DNA of 64,000 nt from Eledone cirrhosa (GCA_964016885.1 OZ024742.1:125054001-125118000), one strand, 5' to 3'; counted from the first letter of the stretch, positions 1 to 12,958 are shown. The notes: generated from the letters alone by a model not told the origin. Made by a program: numbers and translations.

Positions 1-130
1 CACATACACACACGGTCCTGTAGAAGCTTTTTCTATATTAAACATTTATACTCTGCACTGTGTTGAGTACCTTTCTTACTGTGGTTACCACCGATTGAAC
101 CCGGGATAACTTATCTTATATATATATAAA

Positions 131-293
131 AATTGTTTCTACATTTGGCACAAGGCCAGCAATTACCCCAGTGCATTTGTGCTGCTTTATTTTATCGACC
201 TGTAAAGATGAAAGGCAAAGTACACCTCGGCGGGATTTGAACTCAGACCGTAAATGGCCATAACTCTATGCCGAAACGTATGACCGGCCGTCG
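131..293 (-). mobile_element. tRNA-derived SINE (major family of this window), 5'-degraded copy
   Basis: Reverse complement has the B-box-like GAGTTCAAATCCCGCCGAGG, the core TTTGCCTTTCATC..GGTCGATAAAATAAAG and the 3' end GCTGGCCTTGTGCCAAATGTAGAAACAATT shared with about 10 other copies. Confidence 0.8.
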
Positions 294-435
294 AAGAAAC
301 AACATCCCCCCCCCACCCACTCACCCACCCACCCACCCCCTGTATGATGGAATAGAAATCTTTTTCGAGGAAAGTATTGGATTTTTCCAAATTTAAAGTT
401 TTCTTAGTAACTTCCAATGTTTATTTAAGATTTTG

Positions 436-493
436 CCGTCTGAAGAGCTCAAGCTATTATAACTGATAGTCCCCAGTGAAATATGTATAAGGG
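436..493 (+). ncRNA. Type I hammerhead ribozyme motif in a Penelope-like terminal fragment (~340-665)
   Basis: CCGT-CTGAAGA-stem II (GCT..GCTATTA/TGATAGT..AGT)-GAA-ATATGTAT-A^AGGG. Stem I CCGT/AGGG has one mismatch; AATAAA at 501-506; the fragment ends at (TA)n. Confidence 0.65.
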
Positions 494-880
494 AGTGTTA
501 AATAAACAGGAATCAACTGAATATGGCCTCCGATCTTTTATTAATATATAATGTTCCGACTAGCACCATTTATACAGGCCGTTAAGCGCTTCTTTTTACT
601 TGCTTCACAACCGACAGACCATAATGAGGTCCGCACATCTCTGTTCAGTTAACCCGATGCTCTAATCAAATATATATATATATATATATATATAGGTTTG
701 TTGGTTCACCACTGGATAGAACTGGTCATTCTCTATAGTCAACATTGATGTAATATTAGGGAGAGCACTCGACGTAATGCAACTCACCCGTCTTCGTTTG
801 TGCAGTTGGTGGTGCGAGTAAGAGTTAATTATTATGAAATAACAGGAGGCTGGACTGGTGTAATTCCTTAAAGGTTTATT

Positions 881-938
881 ATACTGTGAACATTTCAATG
901 ACCGGGTTCAGTATGAATCCGTTGAGCTCATCAGGTAT
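881..938 (-). ncRNA. Hammerhead ribozyme motif, decayed copy (U16.1>C)
   Basis: Minus strand ATAC-CTGATGA-stem II-GAA-ATGTTCAC-A-GTAT then AATAAA; homolog of the motif at 33460-33517. Confidence 0.7.
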
Positions 939-1490
939 TCGAAATTTAACAGAGGAATATAATAGACACAATCCATGGGGCTGAAAAGGCAGAGAGACAA
1001 GAAAGCGGCCAAACATTTAGCAATTTCTAGTCCGGCCGGCCGCCTTCAAGTGAGGACTACTAAGTCTTCTTATGTCTTTCTGGTGAAGTGGCGTAAGTTT
1101 ATAGTGTACTACTACCACCCCGGCATGGACAGAGGCTAGCGGTGGGATCAGGTCAGAAGTGCTAAACAGTTGCAAGAAATATATTTTTTCAAAAACCATT
1201 TATCTTTAACAAAGCTATATATAGTGGGCACCTGTACAGTATATTTTTCATTGTAGGGTCAGAAATTACGGCTAACGATTAGAAAAGTAAAATTTTTGTT
1301 TAGAATTAAAAAATGTCATTTAAGATGAGATTAGAAAAGTAAGATTTAGGTTTAAAGTTGGGAGATTTATTTAAAGAATTTACAGAAGGAGGCGTTTATG
1401 AAATGGTTAAGTGTATTATTGATAGTCACGATAAAGTTTCAGGGTAGAATATAAAGTTAAGATTAAGATTAAAAAGTAAGATTAAGCCCA

Positions 1491-2034
1491 TGTTTGGCGG
1501 TCAGTAACCAGCGACGTAGCGGACTCCCAGCCCACTCAGGGCCCAATGGCGTGTCAACCGTTCCAGTATTTTCGTCTACCGAAAGAAAGGGAAATTTATT
1601 TTTCCGAGCACTACACGAGTGTTAACTGTCTCAAGCGCCGGGGGTGCTAGTGGGAAGCCCGCCACCGTCTGATGATCATCTTGTATACCAAACGATTATT
1701 ATTTATTCACACTGTTGGGGGATTTAGCTAAAGGGCTAGTAGAAGGAGGCATGATAAATTTTAAAGTTATGATTAAGCTTAGAATTTGAAAGTAGTGTTT
1801 GGCGGTCAATAACCGTTGGCACGGCGGATTCCAAGCCCGCCCAGAACCCAAGGGCGTAACAACCGTTCCGAGTATTTTCGTTTACCGAAGGAAGGGGAAA
1901 TTTATTTGTCCAAGCAATCTAGGAAGGCTGGTCGACCCAAGCGCCTGGCGTGCAATCAGGAAAGCCGCCATATCAGTCGGATCATCGCGTGTACCAAACG
2001 ATTATTAGTTATTCACACCCGTGGTGTGAAGTTT
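1491..2034. repeat. Two diverged tandem copies (~1491-1725, ~1796-2034) of a GC-richer ~235-bp module
   Basis: Shared TGTTTGGCGGTCA..TAACC, AACCGTTCC(G)AGTATTTTCGT.TACCGAA.GAA.GGGAAATTTATTT and TACCAAACGATTATT..TTATTCACAC; related copies at ~33890-34090 and ~34160-34330. Confidence 0.8.
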
Positions 2035-2634
2035 AAAAGTGAAAAAATCTCATAAAATGGGTAAGAATACTATAATTAGTACCCAGTTATCCCGGGTTAT
2101 ATGTGGTGTGATTCCTGAGTAGGTATGGGGAGTGATTACAGATAAACAGATATAAATGGTACAGAGAGTAATAGTCTAGGGGCGTGTACTAATTTTAGGT
2201 AACAGATGAGTACAAGGATAAGTATATAAGGAGAGTAAAGTGAATAAATACATAAATAAAAACATAAATAAAAGGCATACATACACAGGGTGGTAATTGT
2301 GGGAGTAAAAATGGAAGTAAATAAAAGCATATCGAAGAAATCAAAATACAGAAGAAATAAAATACAGATCAAGGTGTAGCAAATAAACAATAGATAACAT
2401 GGTTGGAGAATACAAGGTATAAATATAGATATAGAGGATGGAAGAGTTGGAGTGGTATCAGGTGATAATCAGTGTAGGATCGAGTCTTAATTTTCAATGT
2501 GAATCCCAAAACCTTGAAATATAGGATAAAGAATTTAGTCAATACAATACAGGGTATAGTAGAATATGTTGCATTTTTGAAGAATCTATGAAGTCTGATG
2601 GAGTTTGAGATTGTTCCTGACATTTATATTAATA

Positions 2635-2823
2635 GGCGGTGGATTAGCAGTATCGGTAGAGGGTCGGACGCCATGCTTTGACGCATAGAGTTACGGCCCT
2701 TGCCATTCTGAGTTCAAATCCCGCCGAGGTTAACTTTGCCTTTCATCCTTACGGGGCCGATAAAATAAAGTACCAGTAATACACTGGGTAATTGCTGGCC
2801 TTGTGCCTAACGTAGAAACAACT
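2635..2823 (+). mobile_element. tRNA-derived SINE, near full length
   Basis: GGCGGTGGATTAGCAGTATCGGTAGAG head, GAGTTCAAATCCC B box, core TTTGCCTTTCATCCTTACGGGGCCGATAAAATAAAGTACCAG (from memory resembles the Meta-domain-type SINE core), tail GTAGAAACAA. Confidence 0.85.
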
Positions 2824-4269
2824 ATATATATATATTTATCTATATATGTCTAACTGCTACGTACATACCTACCTATACCTCTTTAACAATTCATATATCT
2901 GAGTATATGCGTTTATATGTATGAGTGGAAGAAAATACTGAATAAGTGTTAGAATTAGTTGACGTACTTCAGACAGGTCAGTAAATTGTGCCAATCTCTA
3001 GGTGAATAAATATAGAATTAGAAATGTCAATTTACACTGCGTCGTCAAAGGAAGCATTTCTGAAAAAAAATCTTCATGCATTATTTCAATAATCGAATGT
3101 ACTAAAGGGAATTTTGCTTTTATAAGCAAGTTTTGGTGAGTCTTAGATCCTGAGGTGAGCTTCTGGCAATTCGTGATTACAAGTACGTCTCGTATTATAT
3201 TTGAATCATCAATATAGCTTTCATATTTAACAAGTTCCTTGCTACTTGTTTTCTGAATATTCAATCCACCAGCTGCAGAAATTGCAGATATGTACTGTGA
3301 CACATATGTAGAGCGAGCAGTAATCTGGCAGGAGGAGAAGGCGGCTACATGAATTTAGATTCCCGGTTGGATATGATTTACTTATATTTCCCGATAACAT
3401 CTAAAATCATAGTAGTGGCGACCTGATTTTACTTTGATTACTATTATAAGATGTAGTTCCATTGTTCAGTTTAAATACTCTACAAAATTTGTTTTCTGAT
3501 GCCAGCACGTGAATATTTATTTATATCCACGTAGTGATACATTGTCACTGGAAAAGCCTGTGTTTCACTGTAGAGTTCTAATGGTTCGAAACAACTCTTC
3601 AGTCGCTACTATAAATATTTCGATGTTCTTCCCACATACCTACAGTTCAGATTAAATCAATCTTTGCCACAAATCTTGTTTTAACTCCTTACTGGATTGC
3701 AAATCTACATTTAATTGATGAAAACATTCGAGTTGATACCTCTCTTTGCCTCGACGAGATTTGATTACCATCAGACATTGAATCGATGACATCATATCCC
3801 CCCCTCTTCATTGGAAGGATAAATTTAATTAATTGAATTGTTTTCGCTCAGTAGTCTATTAGCACTCACTCAAGTACATATAAAAGTAGTAGAGTAGGCG
3901 CTAACATGCTTAATGTATTGATCAAAGAAGATTTAATTAATTAAAATTACACACACACTGAAAAGAGCCAGTTATTATCTTAATTACTAACTCTAGTTAA
4001 GAACTATGCACCAGACAAAGCCGGTATTTAAATTAAGAAACACTAATTAAAAATAAAATGCTATGGCGAGTTTATCTGAACTTTTGGCAGTATAGTGGCA
4101 ATTCAGCCGTGAGACACAGACTAACCATTAGTCTCAGATCTAAATACGTATATATGTTTTACAATGAACATCATTAGTGAAAATTGTCGTACTCACGCGT
4201 GGCATTGATACAATGTGCACATTCAACAATAGTACAAATAACACCAGTCAATTAGACTTTCAATATAAA

Positions 4270-5545
4270 TATTGCTCAATTGGGAGTGTTATAGATCATA
4301 GAAGATGAACCAGTTTTGTTCCAAGAGAAACTGCAGATAGGCAGCCTACGGGAAGCCACCAGATTCCACCCAGTGTGAACGTTCACAAAGGTGCCTGGTA
4401 AAGGATTCCGAAAAAAGAACTTGAAACAAAACTGATCCGACAATCTATCTATGCAAGACTTTAACATCAACCCTTAAGGACCTTATGGAAACGATGCAAA
4501 CTATATGTTTTAAATTTGCTCTAGAGTGAACGATCAACGGACACTCAAATATAATTCCCGGAGACTTTCACGTGACAAAGCCCAAAGATCGCGAATCCCT
4601 TAAAATCACAATTAATCAACAAAAATGAATCGCATTTGAAGCGGAAATTGCACGGAAATTAAAATGAACTCAAACGTTTCCATGGAATTGAAACGGCAAA
4701 AGAAGAACTCAGGGTTATGAAAAATACAAAAGCAAATCCTAAAGCGTTCTCTAAATGATCAATGAATCTTTCTCAGTATATTATAAGATAGGATCATAAT
4801 TCTATAAAAATTGCTTAGTGATTGCAGACCGCTAAAGGGTATGTGAAATACTGAGGATTTATATGACATTTCATGTATCATGCTATGCGCATATCGCCAA
4901 GATGGTGGCATTCAAGACAGGTAAACAAGGAACAGTCTTCGTTCTGTGGAGGATACTTTTCCTCAGCAGCCAGTAATATTGCTCTTATCTATGGACACAT
5001 CTCACCGGCAAATTAACTGCGGTATCTGAAATAATCCAACTAAGCTACACAAAGAAGATTTCTTTAATGAAAGAGATGAGATACTGGAAGATAAAAAATG
5101 AATTAAGTCTCTCTGGAACGAAAGTATGAAATATATGTAGGTACGATATGGAAGACACATGGAAGATCCTGGAAGGGCTAGCAACAAACTTTGGCATCCG
5201 GAGTTACGCAAACTCTTCAATAGGATGCCACTGCATTGTGCAAAATTACCGACATACAAAACCTAGAGAAAGGATCGGATGCAGCGATAGTTTGGTGTTA
5301 AAGCACACAAGTTTTTTTTATTTGTTACCAAAGGCCTAAGATGAATGTTTTTAAGAGGCATCTTATAATACCATCATTTAAGGTCCAGCATAAACAAACG
5401 CCTGGTAAGAAACACAAATGAGGCAACAGTTAAACACCTCCATTCTTCAATGGCTTACCAAAGAAGTTGTGTTAGAGAAAGTGTAGCAAATATAGTGGTG
5501 TTCCATCATGGCCTCATGCCATGGGCTGGAACACAAAGGTATAAA
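4270..5545 (+). mobile_element. Heavily degraded CR1/Jockey-group LINE remnant
   Basis: Residual motifs KANPKAF (~4730) and TWKILEGLATNFGI (ORF 5148-5339); LINE-type 3' end GTGGTGTTCCATCATGGCC..GCTGGAAC followed by microsatellite. Confidence 0.5.
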
Positions 5546-7254
5546 CGAGTACATCACACACAGATACACACACACACACACACACATACACACACATACA
5601 CACACACACACACACACCTTTTATGTATATATATATATATATATATACATAAAAGGTGTGTGTGTATCTGTGTGCGATTCATATTGTTTCATTAATTTTA
5701 TTGATATACCTAATTAATTAATCTAGTAAATCGGTAGAAGTATACTGTTTTTTTTAAATTTACTTCAGTTAGTATTAAGTAAGACAATGTGTGACACATT
5801 ATTACACTCTCATATACGCAGAAAGCATATTGCAGTTGTGTGATTTCGTAAATCTATTATACTTCACTCCTAGTAGTAATTCTAGTTGAGTGCATATTTT
5901 TGATATGCATGTGTATTTTTCCATTAACGTTCTTCCCGGCAACACAGATGCGGTACCGTGACTTGTTTTCCCACTGATGTCAAACACACGCAAACAGAGC
6001 TTGCTACTGACAGCATGACGGATGCCTGAAAATATATCCTACTATTACGTTGTTCACTTGATGGACATTGCTCTCTGAAGAACAACATGCCAATTCTGGG
6101 CTGTTACGGAACTGTTGTAGGAGTATGCATTTATTTACATAACTGATACTAACATTTTGGCATTACTAAAACCTACGCTGGCTTGTGTTTATATCAATAT
6201 TTATGATACATTTTTCATAATTGATTTGGTTGATATTAGTTGTATTGATTTTATTGATAACCCTAATTAATTTGTTCAATGATTGCCACCACACAACTAG
6301 ATCTGTATGAGTATGTTTCTGGAATATATTTCAGTTAGCATTGAATGAGTCTGTAGCAGGGTGTTACAATACCATAGGTACGTAAAGGATCCTGTGATAT
6401 GACATCCTAGTAATATGGCAATATATAATTAAACAGATCCAGCCTAGTCCATTTCTGATTTTCCTTTCTTAAATCGTTTGCTATTGATAGAATATTTTAT
6501 AGTCCCGTAAAACCTGGGGTTGTCGTTAGTGTGCTGCATGACAATATGGCGTTTCTATGGCATTTTAAAACCTCGTGGAGCCCATCTTCGCTCTAGATCA
6601 GAATACAGCAGATTTTTCCAGATTTTTTTCCGACGTTCTAAAAACCTTTTCAATTCGCAGCCTTATACTCTTTTTAAAAAATTCACGATTTGGGAGGGAT
6701 TTTGCTGCAATATTTAGCAGTTTATCTAATCAACTACAACAGGCATTCCTTACTTATGTCGCAAATGTAAAATGAGAAGCGGATTATCATGAAATATTTG
6801 CCAAGTTTTGTAACTTGTGTCCGCTATTAAGAGCTATATAATTATATGTAACTAGTTTTCGTATTCGTAACTAATATCTGGATGGTTATTGGATATTGGG
6901 AAGAATATAATCGTAAAGCGATTCACGTAAACAAGCTGGTAATGGAAGAAGATGTTAAATTATGAGAAATAAATTGTTGTTGCTATTATTGTTTAGCTGC
7001 AGGTCGGTTCTGATTGATTAGTGATCAAAATGATTACTTCCGCCAAGATCATGTTTGTGTGTGTGTGTTCATTTTATATATTCTTAACATATATAGATAA
7101 ATAATATTTAATGATCCCCCACCCCACCCCAATATATGCATTAGAAGGGATATAGTTTCAGTTATTATATGAGTGAAGCTTAAAGAAGTGCTTCCGTTAC
7201 TTATCTTAGAATTCTTAAGGAAAGGAACATACAAATCCTACGATAAATCATGGA

Positions 7255-7530
7255 TTTAATGCACACAGAAACACATGCATTCATAAATACATGCATACAT
7301 ACATATCTGCATATATACTTGCATACATACGCACAAACATTCAAACCTGCACGTATAAATATATATACATGTGTGTTCGCACGTGTGCTTGTATATGTAT
7401 GTACATATGTATGTCTGCGTGTGTGTGTGGGCATATGCGCGTGTCTGCGCATGGATGTATGAGTGTGTGTGTAAGTGTGTGTTGTGCATGTGTGTGAGTG
7501 CGTGTGAGTGCGTGCGTGTTTTCTGTATCT
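7255..7530. repeat. Degenerate (CA/TA)n-(TG)n compound microsatellite
   Basis: CATA/CACA repeats switching to TGTG/TATG; source of several spurious ORFs. Confidence 0.85.
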
Positions 7531-7633
7531 CTGTGTTTTATCCCAAACTTAATCAAAACTTACGTTTGATAGACTGTTATATTTTGAGTGATATTTGTAT
7601 GATATTTCTAGCAGATCGGGATTATACAGGGAA

Positions 7634-7804
7634 TGGCAGTATCGGTAGAGGGTCGGACGGACGCATAGAGTTACAGCCCTTGCCATTCTGAGTTCAAATT
7701 CAGCCGAGGTTAACTTTGTCTTTCATCCTTACGGAGTCGATAAAATAAAGTACCAGTAATGCACTAGCGAATTGCTGGCCTTGTGCCAAAAGTAGAACCA
7801 ATTA
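7634..7804 (+). mobile_element. tRNA-derived SINE copy
   Basis: Aligns to 2635-2823 with a small internal deletion. Confidence 0.85.
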
Positions 7805-7922
7805 TACAGAGGTTCTTTTGTATCCATATTGAACTCGTAAAATGGAAGTAAAATTACATAGAAGGTAGTACTAGGCATATTTTCAAGCATCAGTATGCAG
7901 AGCGAATTTTGCGAGAACTAAG

Positions 7923-7951
<29 letters not shown>

Positions 7952-7954
<3 letters not shown>

Positions 7955-8018
7955 CGTCTTGATTCTACGAAGCAGGTTTTCCTGATAGGAAAATCTGCTT
8001 CGTAGAATCAAGACGTAT
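7952..8018. repeat. Near-perfect 32-bp-arm hairpin at the 5' edge of an HHR element
   Basis: ATACGTCTTGATTCTACGAAGCAGGTTTTCCT-GAT-AGGAAAATCTGCTTCGTAGAATCAAGACGTAT with one G:T; directly follows (TA)n. Confidence 0.9.
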
Positions 8019-8105
8019 CTGAGGACCTTTCGATTTTCAGAGTCAAGTTCGATCATCACATCGATCGTCCCTCGAGTTGGTCGCCAGAGAAACGATTGTA
8101 ATATG
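8014..8105 (+). ncRNA. Type I hammerhead ribozyme motif
   Basis: CGTAT-CTGAGGA-long imperfect stem II-GAAAC-GATT-GTA^ATATG. Stem I CGTAT/ATATG is 5 bp with one G:U; AATAAA at 8109-8114; the element (7952-8232) lies between two (TA)n tracts. Confidence 0.75.
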
Positions 8106-8248
8106 TCCAATAAATTCCATTCGTCGCAACTCTGATTCGCTTTATTCTGTGATGTCATTCTCTGCTCTATGAGAGCATCGAGTGCTCATACGGCCTACCG
8201 CATACGGACGCTTTAAGCATCCAACACCGATTATATATATATATATAT

Positions 8249-8294
<46 letters not shown>

Positions 8295-8600
8295 TATGTG
8301 TATATATGCACAATTTTGATAGGTTTCAGCCCAGTATTGGCTAAGACCATATCTAACTTAATAGCGCCACCTGGCACAATCTTCCAATTCCTGATTTTGA
8401 TATTATGGCACAGTCAAGTAGAGAATTCTTGTTTTCAGAGAGGTACCCGATATTTCTTGGAGGAGTTTAACCGATTCATCTTTGAATTTTATGGGATCTG
8501 TTTCTGTTTTCATGAGTTTTAGTGTAATGTTAAAGAGATCATGACCAATGGAGGTGAAACAGTTGTGCCGTGATATGAGAGGTGAGTTTGAATCTTGTTG

Positions 8601-8776
<176 letters not shown>

Positions 8777-9061
8777 TGGTTAATTATTTATGGCTGTTTA
8801 ATAACGTCTAGTCGAGAGCTTTTCATTCGGAATGTGTAACGGAATTGATTTCCTTCGTTCACATTTTGAATTTGCCCGCCAAAAACCGGCTGTTACTTCC
8901 CCTGTTGGAAATAACACGTAACAGTGAAATACTGAGGGCTGCCAACGGTAGCAGTTCGACATTACATTCCACACCGGCTTGAGGCATAGAACAAAATTTC
9001 CTGTTGATGACGTGAATCCACTTTTCGATCATGCAATACCACAGGCTTATATATTACGTAA

Positions 9062-9145
9062 GTTAGACGGATGAAAACGATTTCATAGAAACCTATCGCA
9101 CGTATTGCAAAATATCGTTCGATATGTCCAGGTCAGTTGTCTAAC
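9062..9145 (+). ncRNA. Decayed hammerhead-like motif
   Basis: Stem I GTTAGA/TCTAAC, CGGATGA in place of CTGATGA, stem II AACGAT/ATCGTT, GATA in place of GAAA. Confidence 0.4.
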
Positions 9146-9348
9146 CTGATTAGGCTTTTCGTTGATTTTGGTATTGTGTGGCTACGTCTATCTGCCGCAA
9201 TTTTCAATTTGTCAAGCTGTCTAAACGTATGTTGTTACTCTAAGGCCTACTACCTTATTGAGTACTTTGCTGCTCATTCCTAATTGTAGGTCGTTAGCTT
9301 GGCCACAGCCAAAGCTTCGAGTTTCCTAAACTTCCACATGTATATGTA

Positions 9349-9380
<32 letters not shown>

Positions 9381-9529
9381 CGCATATTCATATATATGCA
9401 TGCATATATACACTCACACGAATGGTGACAGACAAAAGATCTGCCCTCTATTGGATCAATTGGGTAAGTTTGTGGAATGTCATCCTTATTTACCGTCATA
9501 TGTCTTCTAAGAGCAGAAATTGACTAGCA

Positions 9530-12500
9530 GATGTATTTGCACACCACCCATACTGTCTCAGCAACTATTGGAGGGATAGAGCTGCATACAGTTGGCTTTC
9601 ATGTGATATTAAATGAGTGATGTACCCTGATTTAGAGAGCACTAGACGACCACACAGTTCACAATTACAACTCCCTATGTTCTTATTGATTTTTATACTG
9701 TGGTCTTTTCAAAGCTGACGTTTCAGTTTTTCATGGTCAACACGTCTCTCATCAAACATTCTGCAGCCTTCCTTCACGTGTCCTCCCCATTCAACCCTCT
9801 TTACCCTCTTTAAAGCAAACACTTCGCAGTTCTGAACATCAAACTGTAGATTCTATATGTCGTCTTTCTGCAATCTTTATACATTTCACATAAATTATGC
9901 TGAGTGCAATTGAATGCAAAATAGCTGTTTTGAGAATCTTTCCTCATTCATGCACACATCATGGCCAACCCAACGCATTTGAGATGATATGATGGCAGAT
10001 TCAATGCTCGTGCTGGGGATTTGTGTGTCAGGTATTTGTTATCGCCCTTTAATGTTTGGGATTAGTCTTAAACACTTCTGAATAAAATGTTCAAGCATAT
10101 GAAGCTATCTACGATGTACTGTCCAGGTTTCCGAAGAGCACAACAGAGTACACAGTATGCATACCATGTACACTCTAATTCTGGTTTTGACAGGGACACC
10201 TTGATCCGCCCACACTCAATTTTCAAGTTTTCTGAAGTCTACAGAGGCCTTCTGAATGCGCAGTTATATTTCTACATCCAGCAAACCATCTCCCAACAAT
10301 GCACTGCCCAGGCAAACAAAAGTCTCAACTACATCCAACCTATTTCCATGCACCATTATATTTGGTTGAATATGTGCTTCCCTGGAGGTGGGGTGAACAT
10401 TACCTTTGTACTTTTCAGATTAATGTTCATACCAATGGCATTACAAGAAGCTACAAAACAATCCATGATGTGTTGCATGTCATTTTGAGAGTGAGCCAGA
10501 AATTCAACATCGTCTGCAATCAAAAGTTCTGTAATTAGTATTTGGAACAAGTTAGACTTGAAATTGAGCCTAGTTAGGTGAAACACTCCTCCTATAGTTC
10601 TAACATACACCTTTTGCACAGTCCTGGAATCCATATGCCAGTGTGGAATCCGGCATTCTTCATATTTCACGCCATTATCCACTGGGACTTCATTGGATAA
10701 TTTTCGATTCAAGACAATCCGAGCCTCCATATTTCTGTGCAGTCGGAGGAACATATCGATACATGTTCACCGTATCAAATGCCTTTGTCTTATAGATAGA
10801 ATGTTGATACAAAGGAAACTGCTGCTAAATACATTTCTCATGTATCTGCCTTGCAGAGAGGATACTATTAATTGCCCCTCTGCCAGTTCTAAGTCCACTT
10901 TGTGATTCGCGGATCACTATAGGACAAATTTAATCATCATGCTGTTCAACAATTATCTAGTAAGAACCTTGCCCACAGATTCCAACATCATCGCAAATTC
11001 CTTTATACAATTTACCTTTAAACAAGTTCACCAAGATACCATATATCTAATATTGTGGTATAGGAGTGCCAACCCAGCACTCTGATGAGATGGAGTATTA
11101 TGTGTGTCATTTTCTTATTACTAACCTTCAGCAATTCGACGGGGACTCCACTCCATCTGATCCAGGTCCCTTGCCTGGGTTTAACTGGTTGATGGGCATT
11201 TTAACCTTATTATAATCTGGTTTTCGATCCATTGTAAAATTTACAACACATTGGGGGGGGGGGCATCTAGCACTTCATGATCAACTGATGATGGATTATC
11301 AAATAAATCAGTGAAATATGGCCAACGCTTAAGGATGTTCACTGATTCCTTGATGGCAGTGTCATCTTTGGATCTTGTGAAAACAATTTATTTTTAAGCC
11401 TTCTCAGCTAACCTGCTAAGGAGGCTTCATACTCATTGTAAGTCTTTTTAATAGCAGTTAGATTCTTAGGGCTCTGTCCCAAAAATGTACATGAAGAGCA
11501 TGTTTCTTTTTTAATAGTTGGCAGAAAACCTGATTATTATCATGAAACCATCTTTCTGGTTTTTTTTGCCCTTAATCTAGGTTCTTCTGCTCCTGTGGTA
11601 TACAATTGATCGCTGATGTTTATCCACATTCCATGGAAGTCAATATTATTCAAGCGTTTATTCAAACTCTCACGTATCTCTTGCTGTTTTAACATTCCAA
11701 CATCAATACACTTCACTGTTTTGACCCCAAACATACGAGTCCACTCCGCGCACGTAACTGAAATATCCCCCAAACCATCTTATGGTCTGTGTTGCATTTT
11801 GCACTAGGCATCAACCGCACGTTACAGGCATCATTCAAGTCACATCTCCGGCTTACTATGAAATCTATCATGTGGCCATCTTCTGACCCTGCGTGTATCC
11901 AGTTAACTTTACGGTTTTTTTTTAGGGTGGGGGAGATCTTATTGAAAATGGCTAGATTGAGTTCCGAACAGAGCTTAAGTAACTTCAGACCATTGTCATT
12001 CATCTTACGAATGCTGTAATAGCCACGTGCGTCCCATGTGTCATGGTATCTTCCAACTTGGGTATTGAAATCAAGAATTATCAGTTTTTCTTCAACTGCA
12101 GTGGATGTTAATTTATCAATACGCAGCAATTCATAGACCATAATAATACTTTCTTCACTGGACTGCAGAGTTGAGGCATAAAACGGCAAAACGGTTGCAT
12201 ATTACCCACATGCAAGTGGAATGCACAAATTCATTATACGGTCACTGATCTTAGAGGGACATCCTAAATGTTGTGCTAGCGTATCTTGCACTGCCAAACC
12301 TACACCGACATCTCACCGTTCTCCTTTTGGTTTCCCTGTCCAGAAAAGTGTGAAATCTGAAGTTGGTTCAGTCAGCAGATCAAACCCTGCGAGACGTCTT
12401 TCTGACAAGGCGGCAATATCTATATTCAATCTTTGGAGTTTGTTCATTACCAGTGCGTTTCTTCTTTCTAGCCGGTTTCATGTGTTTTGATTCAAAAGGG

Positions 12501-12690
12501 TTCTAACATTCCAGCAGCAAATATTGAGTTTCACTCGACTTTACATACACGATTTATTATATCCTTTACTTTTGTCTGTGCTGCTTGAATGAACCGACGA
12601 TACTGTAACAACAGCTCAGGTTCCTTCACTCCCAGTGGATTATCTGTTTACCTATCTTCGGGCCACCACACCTGCAGATAAGTTGCGATA
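9530..12690 (-). mobile_element. Degraded RTE-clade (BovB-like) LINE with APE endonuclease and RT remnants
   Basis: APE fragments FYASTLQS, HMIDFIVSRR, CNTDHKMV (11713-12189); RT fragments VPVDNGVKYE and ITELLIADDVEFLAHS (10356-10754); many stops and frameshifts. Confidence 0.85.
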
Positions 12691-12790
12691 ATTCGATGAC
12701 TTTCTCATATACTCAGACTAAGGTTTTATTCCAATTGAAAGTTAAAACAAAACTATATACTAAAAGAATTATTTAAAAGTTTTAAAAGTT

Positions 12791-12958
12791 ATTTTAAGGT
12801 ATTAAAAGTTTTTTAAATGTTTTATTATGGTTTTTAAAAGAAATAAAAACTTAAGGTGTGTAAATATGTATATGAATAAACATATTTACACACCTTACGC
12901 TTTTTATAACTTTAAAAATCATATTAAAACATTTTAAAAACTTTAAAAACCTTAAAAT
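12791..12958. repeat. Imperfect AT-rich inverted repeat (~80-bp arms)
   Basis: Inner stem TAAGGTGTGTAAATATGT / ACATATTTACACACCTTA; outer ATTTTAAGGT../..ACCTTAAAAT; abuts a TA-rich microsatellite. Confidence 0.75.

Larger units (their letters stand above)
694..2630 (-). mobile_element. Non-coding Penelope-like/retrozyme-like element, same family as 33410-34985
   Basis: 694-1120 aligns to 33410-33700 and, inverted, to 34560-34980. It carries an HHR plus AATAAA, its 3' end abuts (TA)n at 670-693, and it has two tandem ~235-bp modules. The 5' boundary is uncertain. Confidence 0.65.

Noticed and set aside
1808-1870. Twister-ribozyme-like TAAC..GGCGG-ATTCCAAGC-CCGCC
   Set aside because: No convincing P1/T1 partner, poorly kept in the other three module copies, and antisense to the element's HHR strand.
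2635-2823. tRNA gene
   Set aside because: A/B-box-like head only, no cloverleaf; it continues into a multicopy SINE body.
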